Part shown: positions 1 through 9,161 of the stretch, piece after piece
Position numbering within the stretch: position 1 is the stretch's first letter
Layout: the number at the start of each line of letters is the position of its first letter
Assembly (NCBI GenBank): GCA_964507125.1
Contig: CAZDOT010000009.1
Coordinates: 13,463-77,462 of the forward strand
Direction of reading: 5' to 3'
Source: an uncultured Chitinophagales bacterium
GTDB lineage: Bacteria > Bacteroidota > Bacteroidia > Chitinophagales > JADIYW01
Length of the DNA stretch: 64,000 bases
Translations under genes and position numbers: made by a program
The notes under the pieces: generated by a model
Database searches by the model: none
What the model saw: the letters and a program-made list of their open reading frames with translations, nothing else
What the model was told of the DNA's origin: nothing

Positions 1-1
1 G

Positions 2-1261
2 GAAATTTCAGATGTACTTTATGCCGTAGACGATGCTTTACGTGCAGGCTTTGCATGGGAAATCGGGCCTTTCCAATATTGGGATATTGTAGGTGTACAA
101 AAAGGAATCGAGTTGGCAGAAGCAGATGGACTTACCATTGGTGCTTGGGTGAAAGAAATGTTGGCTGCCGGTAATACTGCTTTCTATAAAATTGAAAATG
201 GCGTAAAAAAATATTACGATCAACAATCTAAATCATACAAAGCCATTCCTGGTGCAGAATCATTCATTATCTTAGATAATTTGCGTTCTAACAAACCGGT
301 TTGGAAAAACAGTGGCGGTATTTTACACGATATCGGTGATGGTGTTTTAAATTTAGAATTTACATCTAAAATGAACTCGTTAGGTGGCGATGTTTTAGCT
401 GCTATTAATAAATCTATCGAAATTGCTGAGAAAGGTTACAAAGGATTAGTTATCGGAAATGATGCTCCTAACTTCTCAGTGGGTGCTAACTTGATGATGA
501 TTTCAATGTTGGCAATGGAGCAAGAGTTTGATGAGTTAGATATCGCTGTACGTCAATTCCAACAAACTACTATGCGTTGTCGTTATTCATCCGTTCCGGT
601 GGTGTCTGCACCGCACGGCATGACATTAGGTGGTGGTTGCGAAGTGACATTGCATTCGGATGCTGTTGTAGCTTCTGCAGAAACATATATGGGATTAGTA
701 GAAGTAGGCGTTGGTTTAATTCCTGCCGGAGGTGGTACAAAAGAATTAGCATTGCGTACATCTGATAGCTTTAAAAATGGCGATCCAATGTTGCAATCAT
801 TACAAGATAATTTCTTGAATATTGCGATGGCAAAAGTTGGAACTTCGGCAAAAGAAGCTTTCGATTTAGGTTTAATGCGTAAAAATAAAGATAGAATTGT
901 AGTGAATGCAAAACGCGTAATTGCAGAAGCAAAACAAGAAGTAATCCGATTAAGTGAAGAAGGATATGTACAAAATGCACATCGTTCTGATATTACTGTT
1001 TTAGGACGCACCGGATTAGGTACCTTAACTGTTGGTGTAGAATCATTTGTTGCAGGTGGTTACATTTCCGCACACGATGCTAAGATTGCAAAGAAAATTG
1101 CATATGTAATGTGTGGAGGCGATTTGTCAGCACCAACACAGGTAAATGAGCAATATCTTTTAGATTTAGAAAGAGAAGCCTTCTTGTCCTTGTGCGGTGA
1201 AAAGAAAACATTGGAACGTATCCAAGCCATGTTAACTACAGGCAAACCATTGAGAAATTAG
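2..1261 (+). CDS. 3-hydroxyacyl-CoA dehydrogenase/enoyl-CoA hydratase family protein (FadB/FadJ-like), 3' part; 5' end outside window
   Basis: The frame is open from nt 2 (EISDVLYAVDDALRAGFAWEIGPFQYWD, 3HCDH C-terminal domain style). It runs into a crotonase-fold segment (VIGNDAPNFSVGANL, MTLGGGCE). A thiolase gene follows. Confidence 0.85.
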   Translation, partial: EISDVLYAVDDALRAGFAWEIGPFQYWDIVGVQKGIELAEADGLTIGAWVKEMLAAGNTAFYKIENGVKKYYDQQSKSYKAIPGAESFIILDNLRSNKPVWKNSGGILHDIGDGVLNLEFTSKMNSLGGDVLAAINKSIEIAEKGYKGLVIGNDAPNFSVGANLMMISMLAMEQEFDELDIAVRQFQQTTMRCRYSSVPVVSAPHGMTLGGGCEVTLHSDAVVASAETYMGLVEVGVGLIPAGGGTKELALRTSDSFKNGDPMLQSLQDNFLNIAMAKVGTSAKEAFDLGLMRKNKDRIVVNAKRVIAEAKQEVIRLSEEGYVQNAHRSDITVLGRTGLGTLTVGVESFVAGGYISAHDAKIAKKIAYVMCGGDLSAPTQVNEQYLLDLEREAFLSLCGEKKTLERIQAMLTTGKPLRN

Positions 1262-1290
1262 TAGCAAGATATTAGTATCAAGTAGTAAGA
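1259..1290. repeat. AGTA-type short tandem repeat starting on the TAG stop codon of the FadB-like gene
   Basis: Two degenerate 14-nt units, TAGTAGCAAGATAT and TAGTATCAAGTAGT, then AAGA. By hand alignment, 1273-1290 matches the reverse complement of 1653-1670 at 15 of 18 positions. Confidence 0.7.
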
Positions 1291-1644
1291 ATGAATAATT
1301 ACAAAGAATTGATAGTCTGGCAAAAATCAAGAATGTTAGTGAAATCAGTATATAGTATATCTACTCAACTTCCATCTGAAGAAAAATTTGGATTAATTAG
1401 CCAAATAAGAAGATGTGCAGTTTCCATTCCTTCTGATATTGCAGAAGGTGTAAGTAGAACTTCTAAAAAAGAATTTGCTTATTTTCTTGAGATTGCATAT
1501 GGCTCCAGTTTTGAGTTAGAAACACAATTATTGTTGTGCATAGATATAAATTTCTTACCAAATGATATGATTAATCTTGTTATTAGTGAATTGCAAGAAA
1601 TTCAAAAAATGATTTATTCTTTAATAAAAAATAAAAGGTTTTAA
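1291..1644 (+). CDS. four-helix-bundle protein (23S rRNA intervening-sequence protein family)
   Basis: The 117-aa product has the family pattern as I recall it: ELIVWQKS..L...VY..T..LP..EKFGLISQIRRCAVSIPSDIAEG....SKKEFAYFLEIAYGSSFELETQL. The gene is AT-rich versus its flanks: 17 G+C in 1321-1380 versus 27 in 1741-1800 by hand count. Confidence 0.85.
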   Translation: MNNYKELIVWQKSRMLVKSVYSISTQLPSEEKFGLISQIRRCAVSIPSDIAEGVSRTSKKEFAYFLEIAYGSSFELETQLLLCIDINFLPNDMINLVISELQEIQKMIYSLIKNKRF

Positions 1645-1670
1645 TACTTATTACTCACTACTTAATACTA
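1645..1670. repeat. TACT-type heptamer tandem repeat directly after the four-helix-bundle gene stop
   Basis: TACTTAT TACTCAC TACTTAA TACTA. This is the inverted partner of 1273-1290. Confidence 0.7.
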
Positions 1671-1678
1671 AAAAAAAT

Positions 1679-2854
1679 ATGGAAGCATATATCGTAGCCG
1701 GATATCGCTCAGCGATCGGCAAAGCAAAAAAAGGCGGTTTTCGCTTTTATCGTCCGGATGACTTAGCAGCAGATGTAGTAAAGCATCTCGTAGCATCTGT
1801 ACCTAATTTAGATCCATCTAGAATTGATGATTTAATTTGTGGAAACGCAATTCCAGAAGCAGAACAAGGTATGCAAATTGGTCGTATGATCGTATTACGT
1901 GCCGGTTTGCCATTAACAGTAGGTGGTGTAACCGTAAACAGATATTGTGCCTCTGGTTTGGAAACCATTGCTATGGCAACTGCAAAAATCAAAGCAGGCA
2001 TGGCAGAATGCATCATCGCCGGTGGCGTAGAATCTATGTCGTTATTGCCAATGACAGGCTGGAGAACCGTATTAAATTATGACATCGCTGCCACTACACC
2101 GGATTATTATTCTTCAATGGGTTTAACGGCAGAAGCTGTAGCACAACAATACAATATCAGTCGCGAAGATCAAGATATTTTCTCTTTTAACTCACACCAA
2201 AAAGCAATTAAAGCAATTGAAGGTGGTTTGTTTAAAGATGAAATTGTTCCGATTACCGTAGAAGAAGTATTTTTGCAAAACAACAAACGCAAAACACGCT
2301 CTTTCGTAGTAGATACCGATGAAGGTCCGCGTAAAGATACATCCGTTGAAGGTTTATCAAAATTAAAAGCTGTTTTTGCTGCTAAAGGTTCTGTAACAGC
2401 AGGTAACTCTTCTCAAACATCTGACGGTGCTGCCTTTGTGTTAGTGATGAGCGAACGAATGGTGAAAGAATTAAACATCGAGCCAATTGCTCGTTTGGTT
2501 ACATCTGCTGTAGTTGGCTGTGAGCCACGCGTTATGGGCATCGGGCCGGTGGTTGCTATTCCACAAGCATTAAAACAAGCGGGTTTAAAACAAGAAGATA
2601 TCGAGATGATAGAGTTAAATGAAGCGTTTGCTGCACAATCATTAGCCGTAATTCGTACTTTAGGTTTAAATCCGGATATCATTAACCCGAATGGTGGTGC
2701 TATTGCATTAGGCCATCCACTTGGATGTTCAGGTGCTAAATTGTCTGTTCAGTTGATTAATGAAATGCGTCGTCAAAATAAAAAATACGGCATGGTTTCG
2801 GCTTGTATCGGTGGTGGACAAGGTATTGCCGGTATTATTGAAAGATTGAAATAA
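1679..2854 (+). CDS. acetyl-CoA C-acyltransferase (thiolase)
   Basis: Motifs are NRYCASGLE (active-site Cys), GNSSQTSDGAA, NPNGGAIALGHPLGCSGA and CIGGGQG. The product is 391 aa. Confidence 0.95.
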   Translation: MEAYIVAGYRSAIGKAKKGGFRFYRPDDLAADVVKHLVASVPNLDPSRIDDLICGNAIPEAEQGMQIGRMIVLRAGLPLTVGGVTVNRYCASGLETIAMATAKIKAGMAECIIAGGVESMSLLPMTGWRTVLNYDIAATTPDYYSSMGLTAEAVAQQYNISREDQDIFSFNSHQKAIKAIEGGLFKDEIVPITVEEVFLQNNKRKTRSFVVDTDEGPRKDTSVEGLSKLKAVFAAKGSVTAGNSSQTSDGAAFVLVMSERMVKELNIEPIARLVTSAVVGCEPRVMGIGPVVAIPQALKQAGLKQEDIEMIELNEAFAAQSLAVIRTLGLNPDIINPNGGAIALGHPLGCSGAKLSVQLINEMRRQNKKYGMVSACIGGGQGIAGIIERLK

Positions 2855-2899
2855 ATTTTTAATAATAAGATTTTAGAAATCCTAACTTACAATAAAGTG

Positions 2900-2931
2900 A
2901 AAAACGCCAACTTAAAGTTGGCGTTTTTTTT
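2900..2931. terminator. bidirectional intrinsic terminator hairpin between the convergent thiolase and LytTR genes
   Basis: CGCCAAC (2905-2911), loop TTAAA, GTTGGCG (2917-2923). An A-run lies 5' and a T8 run lies 3'. Confidence 0.8.
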
Positions 2932-2949
2932 AGGTAAACAGTATGAAAA

Positions 2950-3720
2950 TTAAGCGATGGTGGCTTTGTTGTTTTCCAGAGAATCTAAAAATTCTTTTTT
3001 CTTGCGTTTCGAAATTTCCACTTTGATGCCATCGGTCATGATAGCCAAATTATCGCCGTGGTCAATTTCTTTCATGTGTGCCAAATTAATCAAGTTGGAT
3101 TGATGCACCCGCATAAAATTATACGGCAATAATTTTTCTTCGAAATATTTTAGTGTTTTTGCTACTAATACTTTGCGATTATTTACTAAATAAAATTGAG
3201 TGTAATTGCTTTCTGATTGCAAATAAATAATGTCACTCACTTTCAAAAAAATCATGCCTTCTTTGGTCGGCACCATCAATTTAGCATCTTGTTGTTGTTC
3301 CGCTTTTAGTTTGTCTAAATAATTTTGAAGCAATGCCGCTTTGTCCAATTTTTCCTTAGCATCCAGCCGTTTTATTACCTTTTGTAGGGCTATTTTTAAA
3401 TCCTTTTCATTGATGGGTTTCAGTAAGTAATCTGCGGCATTGTTTTTAATAGCATTAATGGCATATTTGTCATGTGATGTGGTGAAAATTATTTCAAAAT
3501 TCACTTCTTCTAATTCATTTAGTAGGTCGATGCCTTTACCGTCTGCTAATTCTACATCTAAGAAAACTAAATGTGGTGCAATTGTTGGAATTGCTTTTTT
3601 TGCTTCTCTCTTTGAATTACAAATAGCCTCAATCCGAATATCTAGATTCGTTTGTTGAATCGCCTTTTTTAAAATTTCTTGAAAAATCGGTTCATCTTCA
3701 ATAATAATGGAACGTATCAT
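2950..3720 (-). CDS. LytTR-family response regulator (REC + LytTR DNA-binding domain)
   Basis: The REC domain shows IIIEDEP...FLDVELADGKG...ADYLLKP. The C-terminal LytTR pattern is IIYLQSESNYTQFYL...FMRVHQSNLINL. Confidence 0.9.
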   Translation of the reverse strand: MIRSIIIEDEPIFQEILKKAIQQTNLDIRIEAICNSKREAKKAIPTIAPHLVFLDVELADGKGIDLLNELEEVNFEIIFTTSHDKYAINAIKNNAADYLLKPINEKDLKIALQKVIKRLDAKEKLDKAALLQNYLDKLKAEQQQDAKLMVPTKEGMIFLKVSDIIYLQSESNYTQFYLVNNRKVLVAKTLKYFEEKLLPYNFMRVHQSNLINLAHMKEIDHGDNLAIMTDGIKVEISKRKKKEFLDSLENNKATIA

Positions 3721-3789
3721 AATTTAAAGTTCGTGCTTTAAATATATCAAATTATACTTAAATTTAATAGATCAAATGTCAATTCGGTT

Positions 3790-5874
3790 ATGCAATTGAA
3801 AAGAAATAATAAAGCGGAAACATTTTCTAAAAAAAACTTCGAAAATCTCTATAAAAAGGCGGTTTCTTATAAAGAAAAAAAACAGTTAATTAAAGCTATT
3901 GAAGTGTATTCCAAGATTATTGAGAAAGTAAAAGACCGCGAAAATTGTATCGATTGTGCCAAGCTATATGAAGATGTTGGTGATATTTATTATGATATAA
4001 AAGATTATACGCATGCATTTGAATTTATGCAAAAAGCATCTACCATTTATTCCTATAATGAGATGTATGATTTGCAATTATCGCAGTATAAAAAATTAGG
4101 TGGCTTGCAACAAAGTATCTGGCAGTTTAAAAAATCAATTGATATTTTTCAGCAAGGATTAATGCTTGCCAATAGACTGAAACTATCTGATAAAATTATA
4201 GAATTTGAGTTGTTAATCGGCAACGCATTAAATTGGGATGAACAATTAGAAGCTTCTGAGAAATATTTAAAAAGTGCTATCCGAAAAGAAAAAAAATCAA
4301 ATAACACCAGTAATTCGATGATAAAATTAAGAGCACATGTAAGCTATGCCATCTTAATGCGTAAAATGAAAAAATATGACCAATCGGACAAATATTTCAA
4401 ATTAGGAATGCAATTCTCAAAAGAAAATAACAATGCCTATATGATGGATATTTCTAAAAGTTATGGTGTGTTGCAATATGAAATAGGAAATTACGAAGCG
4501 GCTGAAAAATTATTATTGCAAGCCGAAGAAATGGCTACTTTTGAAGGAGCAGATACGTCGCGTGCCGTCATTTTTGAGTATTTATCAGAGTTATATGGTA
4601 AGCAACACAACTACGAAAAAGCATTTTATTATTTGCGTAAATTCTATGATAGAAAATTAGATTTATTGGAAAAAGGCTATTCTGAAGAAAATAATAAATT
4701 ACAAATAAAATTAGGGTTGGAAGATGCACGAAGAGAACGAACCGTAGCCGAAGAAACAGCCAATGCCAAAAGTTTGTTTATTGCCGGCATTAGCCATGAA
4801 ATTCGTACGCCAATGAATATTATTTTGGGTACAACTTCGTTGATGCTAAATGACCATCCCAAACCGGAACACCTACGATATTTACAAACACTAAAAAAAT
4901 CCAGTGAGAATTTATTAGGCATCATCAACGATATTTTAGATGTGTCAAAAATGGAGGCCGGAAAATTAGATATAGAAATGGAACCGATTTGGCTTCCGGA
5001 AATTATAGAAAATGTAGTGATGGTGATGCAGCTTGCAGCAACAGAAAAAGGGTTGCAATTAACGTATGACATTGATCCAAAAATCAATTTTAAGTTCTTG
5101 TCGGATGGATTGCGCCTAAATCAAATTATCACCAATTTGGTGAGCAATGCCATTAAGTTTACTACTGTTGGAAGCGTGCATATTCAGGCAATGTATAAAA
5201 AGAATAACGAATTGCAGATTTCCGTAAAAGATACCGGCTTAGGCATTCCAAAAGATAAACTAAAATCCATTTTTGAACAGTACGAACAAGTGCGCACGAA
5301 GACACAAAAAAAGTATAAAGGAACCGGACTTGGTTTGTCTATCTCTAAACGTTTAGTAGAATTGATGCATGGTACTATAAGTGTGAAAAGTAAAATAAAT
5401 TTGGGTACTACCTTTGTCATTCACTTGCCGATTGAAGCGGTGCAACATCAAGAAGAAGTACACACACATACGGTTCAATACAATGCTGATTTTTTAAAAG
5501 GAAAACTAATTTTAATTGTAGATGATATCGAAAATAATCGGTTTGTAATTATAGAAACGTTGAAGTTTTTTCATTCGAAAGTGCAAATTATTGAAGCAGA
5601 AAATGGATTACAAGCATTGCAGATTTTAGCTACACAAACACCGGATTTAGTCATTATGGATTTGGATATGCCGGAAATGAATGGGTTTGAAACCTTATCC
5701 GAAATTCGAAAAAATAAAAAACTCAAAAAGCTAAAAGTAGTTGCCAGTACAGCAAGTGTGGTGGCAAACAGTGAATCCGATTTTATGGATTTCGGATTCA
5801 ATGCCTATTTACCCAAACCATTTACTATTGAGCATTTTCATGCATTATTGCAAAAACAATTGGCGTCTAATTAA
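3790..5874 (+). CDS. hybrid sensor histidine kinase with N-terminal TPR-like repeats, HisKA, HATPase_c and C-terminal receiver; no obvious transmembrane segment
   Basis: H-box ISHEIRTPMN. N, G1 and G2 boxes are NLVSNAIKFT, DTGLGIP and GTGLGLSISKRLVELMHG. The receiver shows LIVDDIENNR...IMDLDMPEMNG...YLPKP. The N-terminal ~300 aa is helical-repeat-like. Confidence 0.9.
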   Translation: MQLKRNNKAETFSKKNFENLYKKAVSYKEKKQLIKAIEVYSKIIEKVKDRENCIDCAKLYEDVGDIYYDIKDYTHAFEFMQKASTIYSYNEMYDLQLSQYKKLGGLQQSIWQFKKSIDIFQQGLMLANRLKLSDKIIEFELLIGNALNWDEQLEASEKYLKSAIRKEKKSNNTSNSMIKLRAHVSYAILMRKMKKYDQSDKYFKLGMQFSKENNNAYMMDISKSYGVLQYEIGNYEAAEKLLLQAEEMATFEGADTSRAVIFEYLSELYGKQHNYEKAFYYLRKFYDRKLDLLEKGYSEENNKLQIKLGLEDARRERTVAEETANAKSLFIAGISHEIRTPMNIILGTTSLMLNDHPKPEHLRYLQTLKKSSENLLGIINDILDVSKMEAGKLDIEMEPIWLPEIIENVVMVMQLAATEKGLQLTYDIDPKINFKFLSDGLRLNQIITNLVSNAIKFTTVGSVHIQAMYKKNNELQISVKDTGLGIPKDKLKSIFEQYEQVRTKTQKKYKGTGLGLSISKRLVELMHGTISVKSKINLGTTFVIHLPIEAVQHQEEVHTHTVQYNADFLKGKLILIVDDIENNRFVIIETLKFFHSKVQIIEAENGLQALQILATQTPDLVIMDLDMPEMNGFETLSEIRKNKKLKKLKVVASTASVVANSESDFMDFGFNAYLPKPFTIEHFHALLQKQLASN

Positions 5875-5883
5875 AAAACGCCA
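5861..5883. terminator. weak hairpin spanning the kinase stop codon (possible bidirectional terminator)
   Basis: TGGCGT (5861-5866) pairs with ACGCCA (5878-5883) across an 11-nt A-rich loop. T-rich sequence follows. Confidence 0.35.
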
Positions 5884-5884
5884 T

Positions 5885-6862
5885 TTATAATTTTTGTCCT
5901 TTTATCAATTTTTCTATGTCTGATTTTACAGATTGATATTGCTCTCCGGATAAATTTGTTTTTAATTGTGCATCTAAATCTTGCATTAAAATAATAAATT
6001 CTTGTCCGGCCTTTTGTGGGTCTGTTTTATGTAATAAAGCAATTAAATCGCCTCTTATTTTTCCTTGTACCAACACTAATACAACAGACATGGTTTGCAC
6101 ATCATTCAATTTATATTGGTTGCGTATTTTATCCAAAAATTGTTTTTGGTCGGCAGATAAATTTTTGCCCGATAAAATATTTTCTTGCAGTGATAATGCT
6201 AATACCAATGTTGCTATTTGTTGGTCATTCAAATGAGCTTTTAGTTGTGGTACTGTTTGGTCGTTTAATGCATCTGTTAATTGTTTTTGTTTGGCTGCAT
6301 TGTCTTTATTTTGTGTTTTGATTTGAGTTAACTGTGCATCGTAATTTTTTAAAATCGGAACAACTTTAGCAGCCTTATCATTGCTTACTTTCATGTGGTT
6401 TTGTAATTGCTCAAATAAAGCCGTTACGTTGGATTGCGTTTGGATGCCGCCAAAATTAGTTGCTGCATTCACTGTTTTTGTGTCTGTTTTAATAGCTACT
6501 TTTTGTTCTGTTTTTTGTGTAGTATTTTTTGCCGGAACCAACTTGCCGTTTTGTGCCATTTGTGTAATTTTTGTAAGCTGCTCATTGGATACATAACCTT
6601 TCATTTTTGTGCCTAATAAAAACAATAATACGTTGGTGTTTGCATTAGGTTTAGCATTTTCATTTAAAAATAAAATATAGTCATTCTTAAATTTTCCGGC
6701 TTGGTCTGTATTGAGTTTACACTCACTATTTACTTCGACAATAATTTTTTGTATTTCAGGTGTTAAGTTCTGTGCGGTATAAACAGTATTGCCATTATTG
6801 GCAAAGATGGATGTCGATATCGTAATTAGTGCGATAAGGAAACTTTTATAAAGGAATTGCAT
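5885..6862 (-). CDS. secreted hypothetical protein, helical and Q/N/K-rich, with repeated L-x-x-[DE]-Q motifs
   Basis: Signal peptide MQFLYKSFLIALITISTSIFA. Motifs are LNTDQ, VSNEQ, LNDQQ, LSADQ, LNDVQ and LSGEQ. I recognised no enzyme motif. Confidence 0.7.
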   Translation of the reverse strand: MQFLYKSFLIALITISTSIFANNGNTVYTAQNLTPEIQKIIVEVNSECKLNTDQAGKFKNDYILFLNENAKPNANTNVLLFLLGTKMKGYVSNEQLTKITQMAQNGKLVPAKNTTQKTEQKVAIKTDTKTVNAATNFGGIQTQSNVTALFEQLQNHMKVSNDKAAKVVPILKNYDAQLTQIKTQNKDNAAKQKQLTDALNDQTVPQLKAHLNDQQIATLVLALSLQENILSGKNLSADQKQFLDKIRNQYKLNDVQTMSVVLVLVQGKIRGDLIALLHKTDPQKAGQEFIILMQDLDAQLKTNLSGEQYQSVKSDIEKLIKGQKL

Positions 6863-6902
6863 ATTTTTATTTTTTAAGTTAGTTACAATTTTTATACCAC
6901 AT

Positions 6903-7829
6903 TTATTTTTTTAAAAATTGAAGTACATCTATAACCGATTTTGTTGGGATTTCTTCTTGAGGTGAATGACCGCAATTTTCATAAATAATAACTTCGTTAT
7001 TCGGTATTTTTTTAAAGTTTCCCAACATGGATATGTCGATTAATTTATCTTGTCGGCCCCATTGTGTTAAAGTCGGTGTTTGAATAGTGCTTAAATCAAT
7101 GTTGGGTTCTTTGCCAATTTGTTGCACTCTGTCCGCAAAGCTTTCTCTATTGCCGTCTCGCAAAGAAATATCGTAATATAAAGATTTCATCTTTTCCGTT
7201 ATTTTCGAGTCGTCTTCATATACATCTTCCAACGTTTTATTGACAATAATTTTAGTATCCATTTGGCTCATCAATTGGGCAAACCATTTATATTTTGCCA
7301 ATTTAAAAATGATAGCACCATTTTGTTTGTCTTTGTTGTAAAATCCTGCCGGATCCACCAATATCAAATTAGAAACTTTTTCCGGATGTGCCACCGCATA
7401 TCGCCAAGCGATTTCACCACCTAATGAATTACCGCCAATAGCAAATGTATCAATACCGAGTTGCTGCATAAATCGATTTAGAAAATCAACATACATTTTT
7501 ACAGAATAATCTTTGTCGTTTCTTGGTCCGGTTAGCCCAAAAGCCGGTATATCCAAACGAATGACTTGATAGTGATTCGCTTTTAATGAATCTGTCCAAA
7601 CATCCCAAGTTTGCAGTGCTGAGCCGGTACCGTGTATTAACACAATCGGTTTTCCTTCGCCTTCTATTCTGTAATGCACCTGCATGTCATCTAACGGCAT
7701 AAATTTAGAATATGCATTGGCATATTTTGCTTTTAATTCGTTGATTGGAATAGGCTTTTTTTGCATTACAAAAAAAGCAATTATTCCTAAAATAAGAATG
7801 AATAAAAGAAGTCGGATTAGATTTTTCAT
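6903..7829 (-). CDS. alpha/beta hydrolase with N-terminal membrane anchor
   Basis: HGTGS oxyanion region, nucleophile elbow GNSLGG, and C-terminal CGHSPQEE. Confidence 0.85.
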   Translation of the reverse strand: MKNLIRLLLFILILGIIAFFVMQKKPIPINELKAKYANAYSKFMPLDDMQVHYRIEGEGKPIVLIHGTGSALQTWDVWTDSLKANHYQVIRLDIPAFGLTGPRNDKDYSVKMYVDFLNRFMQQLGIDTFAIGGNSLGGEIAWRYAVAHPEKVSNLILVDPAGFYNKDKQNGAIIFKLAKYKWFAQLMSQMDTKIIVNKTLEDVYEDDSKITEKMKSLYYDISLRDGNRESFADRVQQIGKEPNIDLSTIQTPTLTQWGRQDKLIDISMLGNFKKIPNNEVIIYENCGHSPQEEIPTKSVIDVLQFLKK

Positions 7830-7918
7830 AAATTGGATTGTAAACTAAAAATACGTTTATTCTTTTATAAATTAAATAGGCACAATATTTGTCTATATTT
7901 GTGATAATACTTTTAATT

Positions 7919-8428
7919 ATGAATAAATTTTTATTATCGATTATTTTATTTTTAGGTGTATCTCAAGCACAAGCTCAAATGCCGGCGGTAGGCACGAAAG
8001 CTACTGAATTAAATTACAAAAATCCGGAAGGAAAAGATATATCACTTTCTTCTTTGCAAGGAAATATTGTATTGATAGATTTTTGGGCTTCTTGGTGTGG
8101 TCCTTGTCGCAGAAATAATCCGGCGATTGTTGCGTTGTACAATAAATATCAAGGTAAAAAATTTATTAAAGGCGTGAAAGGTTTTACCATTTACAGTGTG
8201 TCCTTAGATCAAAATAAAACAAATTGGATAAATGCCATCAAACAAGATGGACTTGTGTGGCCATATCATGTGTCTGATTTGAAAGGTTGGTATGCAGATG
8301 GTGCTGCTAAATATGGTATTCGTTCTATTCCACAAACAGTTTTAGTTGATGAAACCGGCTATGTTATTGCCATCAATCCTACACATTCTTTAGTGGAACA
8401 ATTGGTAGATAAGAAACTGAAAAAATAA
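7919..8428 (+). CDS. TlpA/ResA-like thiol-disulfide oxidoreductase (thioredoxin fold), secreted
   Basis: WASWCGPCRR active site. The signal peptide is MNKFLLSIILFLGVSQAQA from the ATG at 7919. The TTG at 7889 in the ORF track adds an unlikely extension. Confidence 0.88.
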   Translation: MNKFLLSIILFLGVSQAQAQMPAVGTKATELNYKNPEGKDISLSSLQGNIVLIDFWASWCGPCRRNNPAIVALYNKYQGKKFIKGVKGFTIYSVSLDQNKTNWINAIKQDGLVWPYHVSDLKGWYADGAAKYGIRSIPQTVLVDETGYVIAINPTHSLVEQLVDKKLKK

Positions 8429-8517
8429 ATGTCACTTTTTCTTCTTCTAATTAGTGTCAAAATGTCGCTTGTCGCCGTTTGGCAAACTATTTGACTTAAT
8501 TTCTGAAAATTCTAATC

Positions 8518-9111
8518 ATGTTAGAGGAAAAAGACTTTGCAGAATCAACAGAACAACCTACATCAGAAGTTAGCGAACAAACTTCCACTGAAAATACAAC
8601 GGAAAATCCGACAGATAGTCAGCAAGAAGATGAACCGGTAATGGAGAAAATCGACAATACAGACGAATTGTCTGTGTTAAAAGCAGATTTAGCAGAACAA
8701 AAAGATAAATACTTACGACTATTTGCAGAGTTTGATAATTTCAAAAAACGCAATGCTAAAGAAAGAATTGAATTATTTAAAACAGCCGGTCAAGATATTA
8801 TCCGTGAATTGTTGCCTATTTTAGATGATTTTCAAAGAGCAGATAAAGCTTTTGAACAAGATAAAAATGCAGAGAATTATGTGCAAGGCGTGCAATTAAT
8901 TCAAGAAAAATTCCAAAAAACACTTCAAAATAAAGGTCTAAAAGCAATGGAAAGCATTGGTGCTAACTTTGATGTAGAAAAGCACGAAGCCATTGCAGAA
9001 ATTCCAGCACCAACAGAACAGCAAAAAGGAAAAGTAATAGACGAAGTTCAACGAGGCTATACGCTAAACGAAGTTATTATCCGTTACGCAAAAGTAGTAG
9101 TTGGTAAATAA
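8518..9111 (+). CDS. grpE: nucleotide exchange factor GrpE
   Basis: DKYLRLFAEFDNFKKR... and the C-terminal GYTLNEVIIRYAKVVV are GrpE signatures. The gene lies upstream of dnaJ. Confidence 0.93.
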   Translation: MLEEKDFAESTEQPTSEVSEQTSTENTTENPTDSQQEDEPVMEKIDNTDELSVLKADLAEQKDKYLRLFAEFDNFKKRNAKERIELFKTAGQDIIRELLPILDDFQRADKAFEQDKNAENYVQGVQLIQEKFQKTLQNKGLKAMESIGANFDVEKHEAIAEIPAPTEQQKGKVIDEVQRGYTLNEVIIRYAKVVVGK

Positions 9112-9161
9112 AATTCAACTCAACGCAACAACAGCATTAAACATAACGCACAACAAATAGA

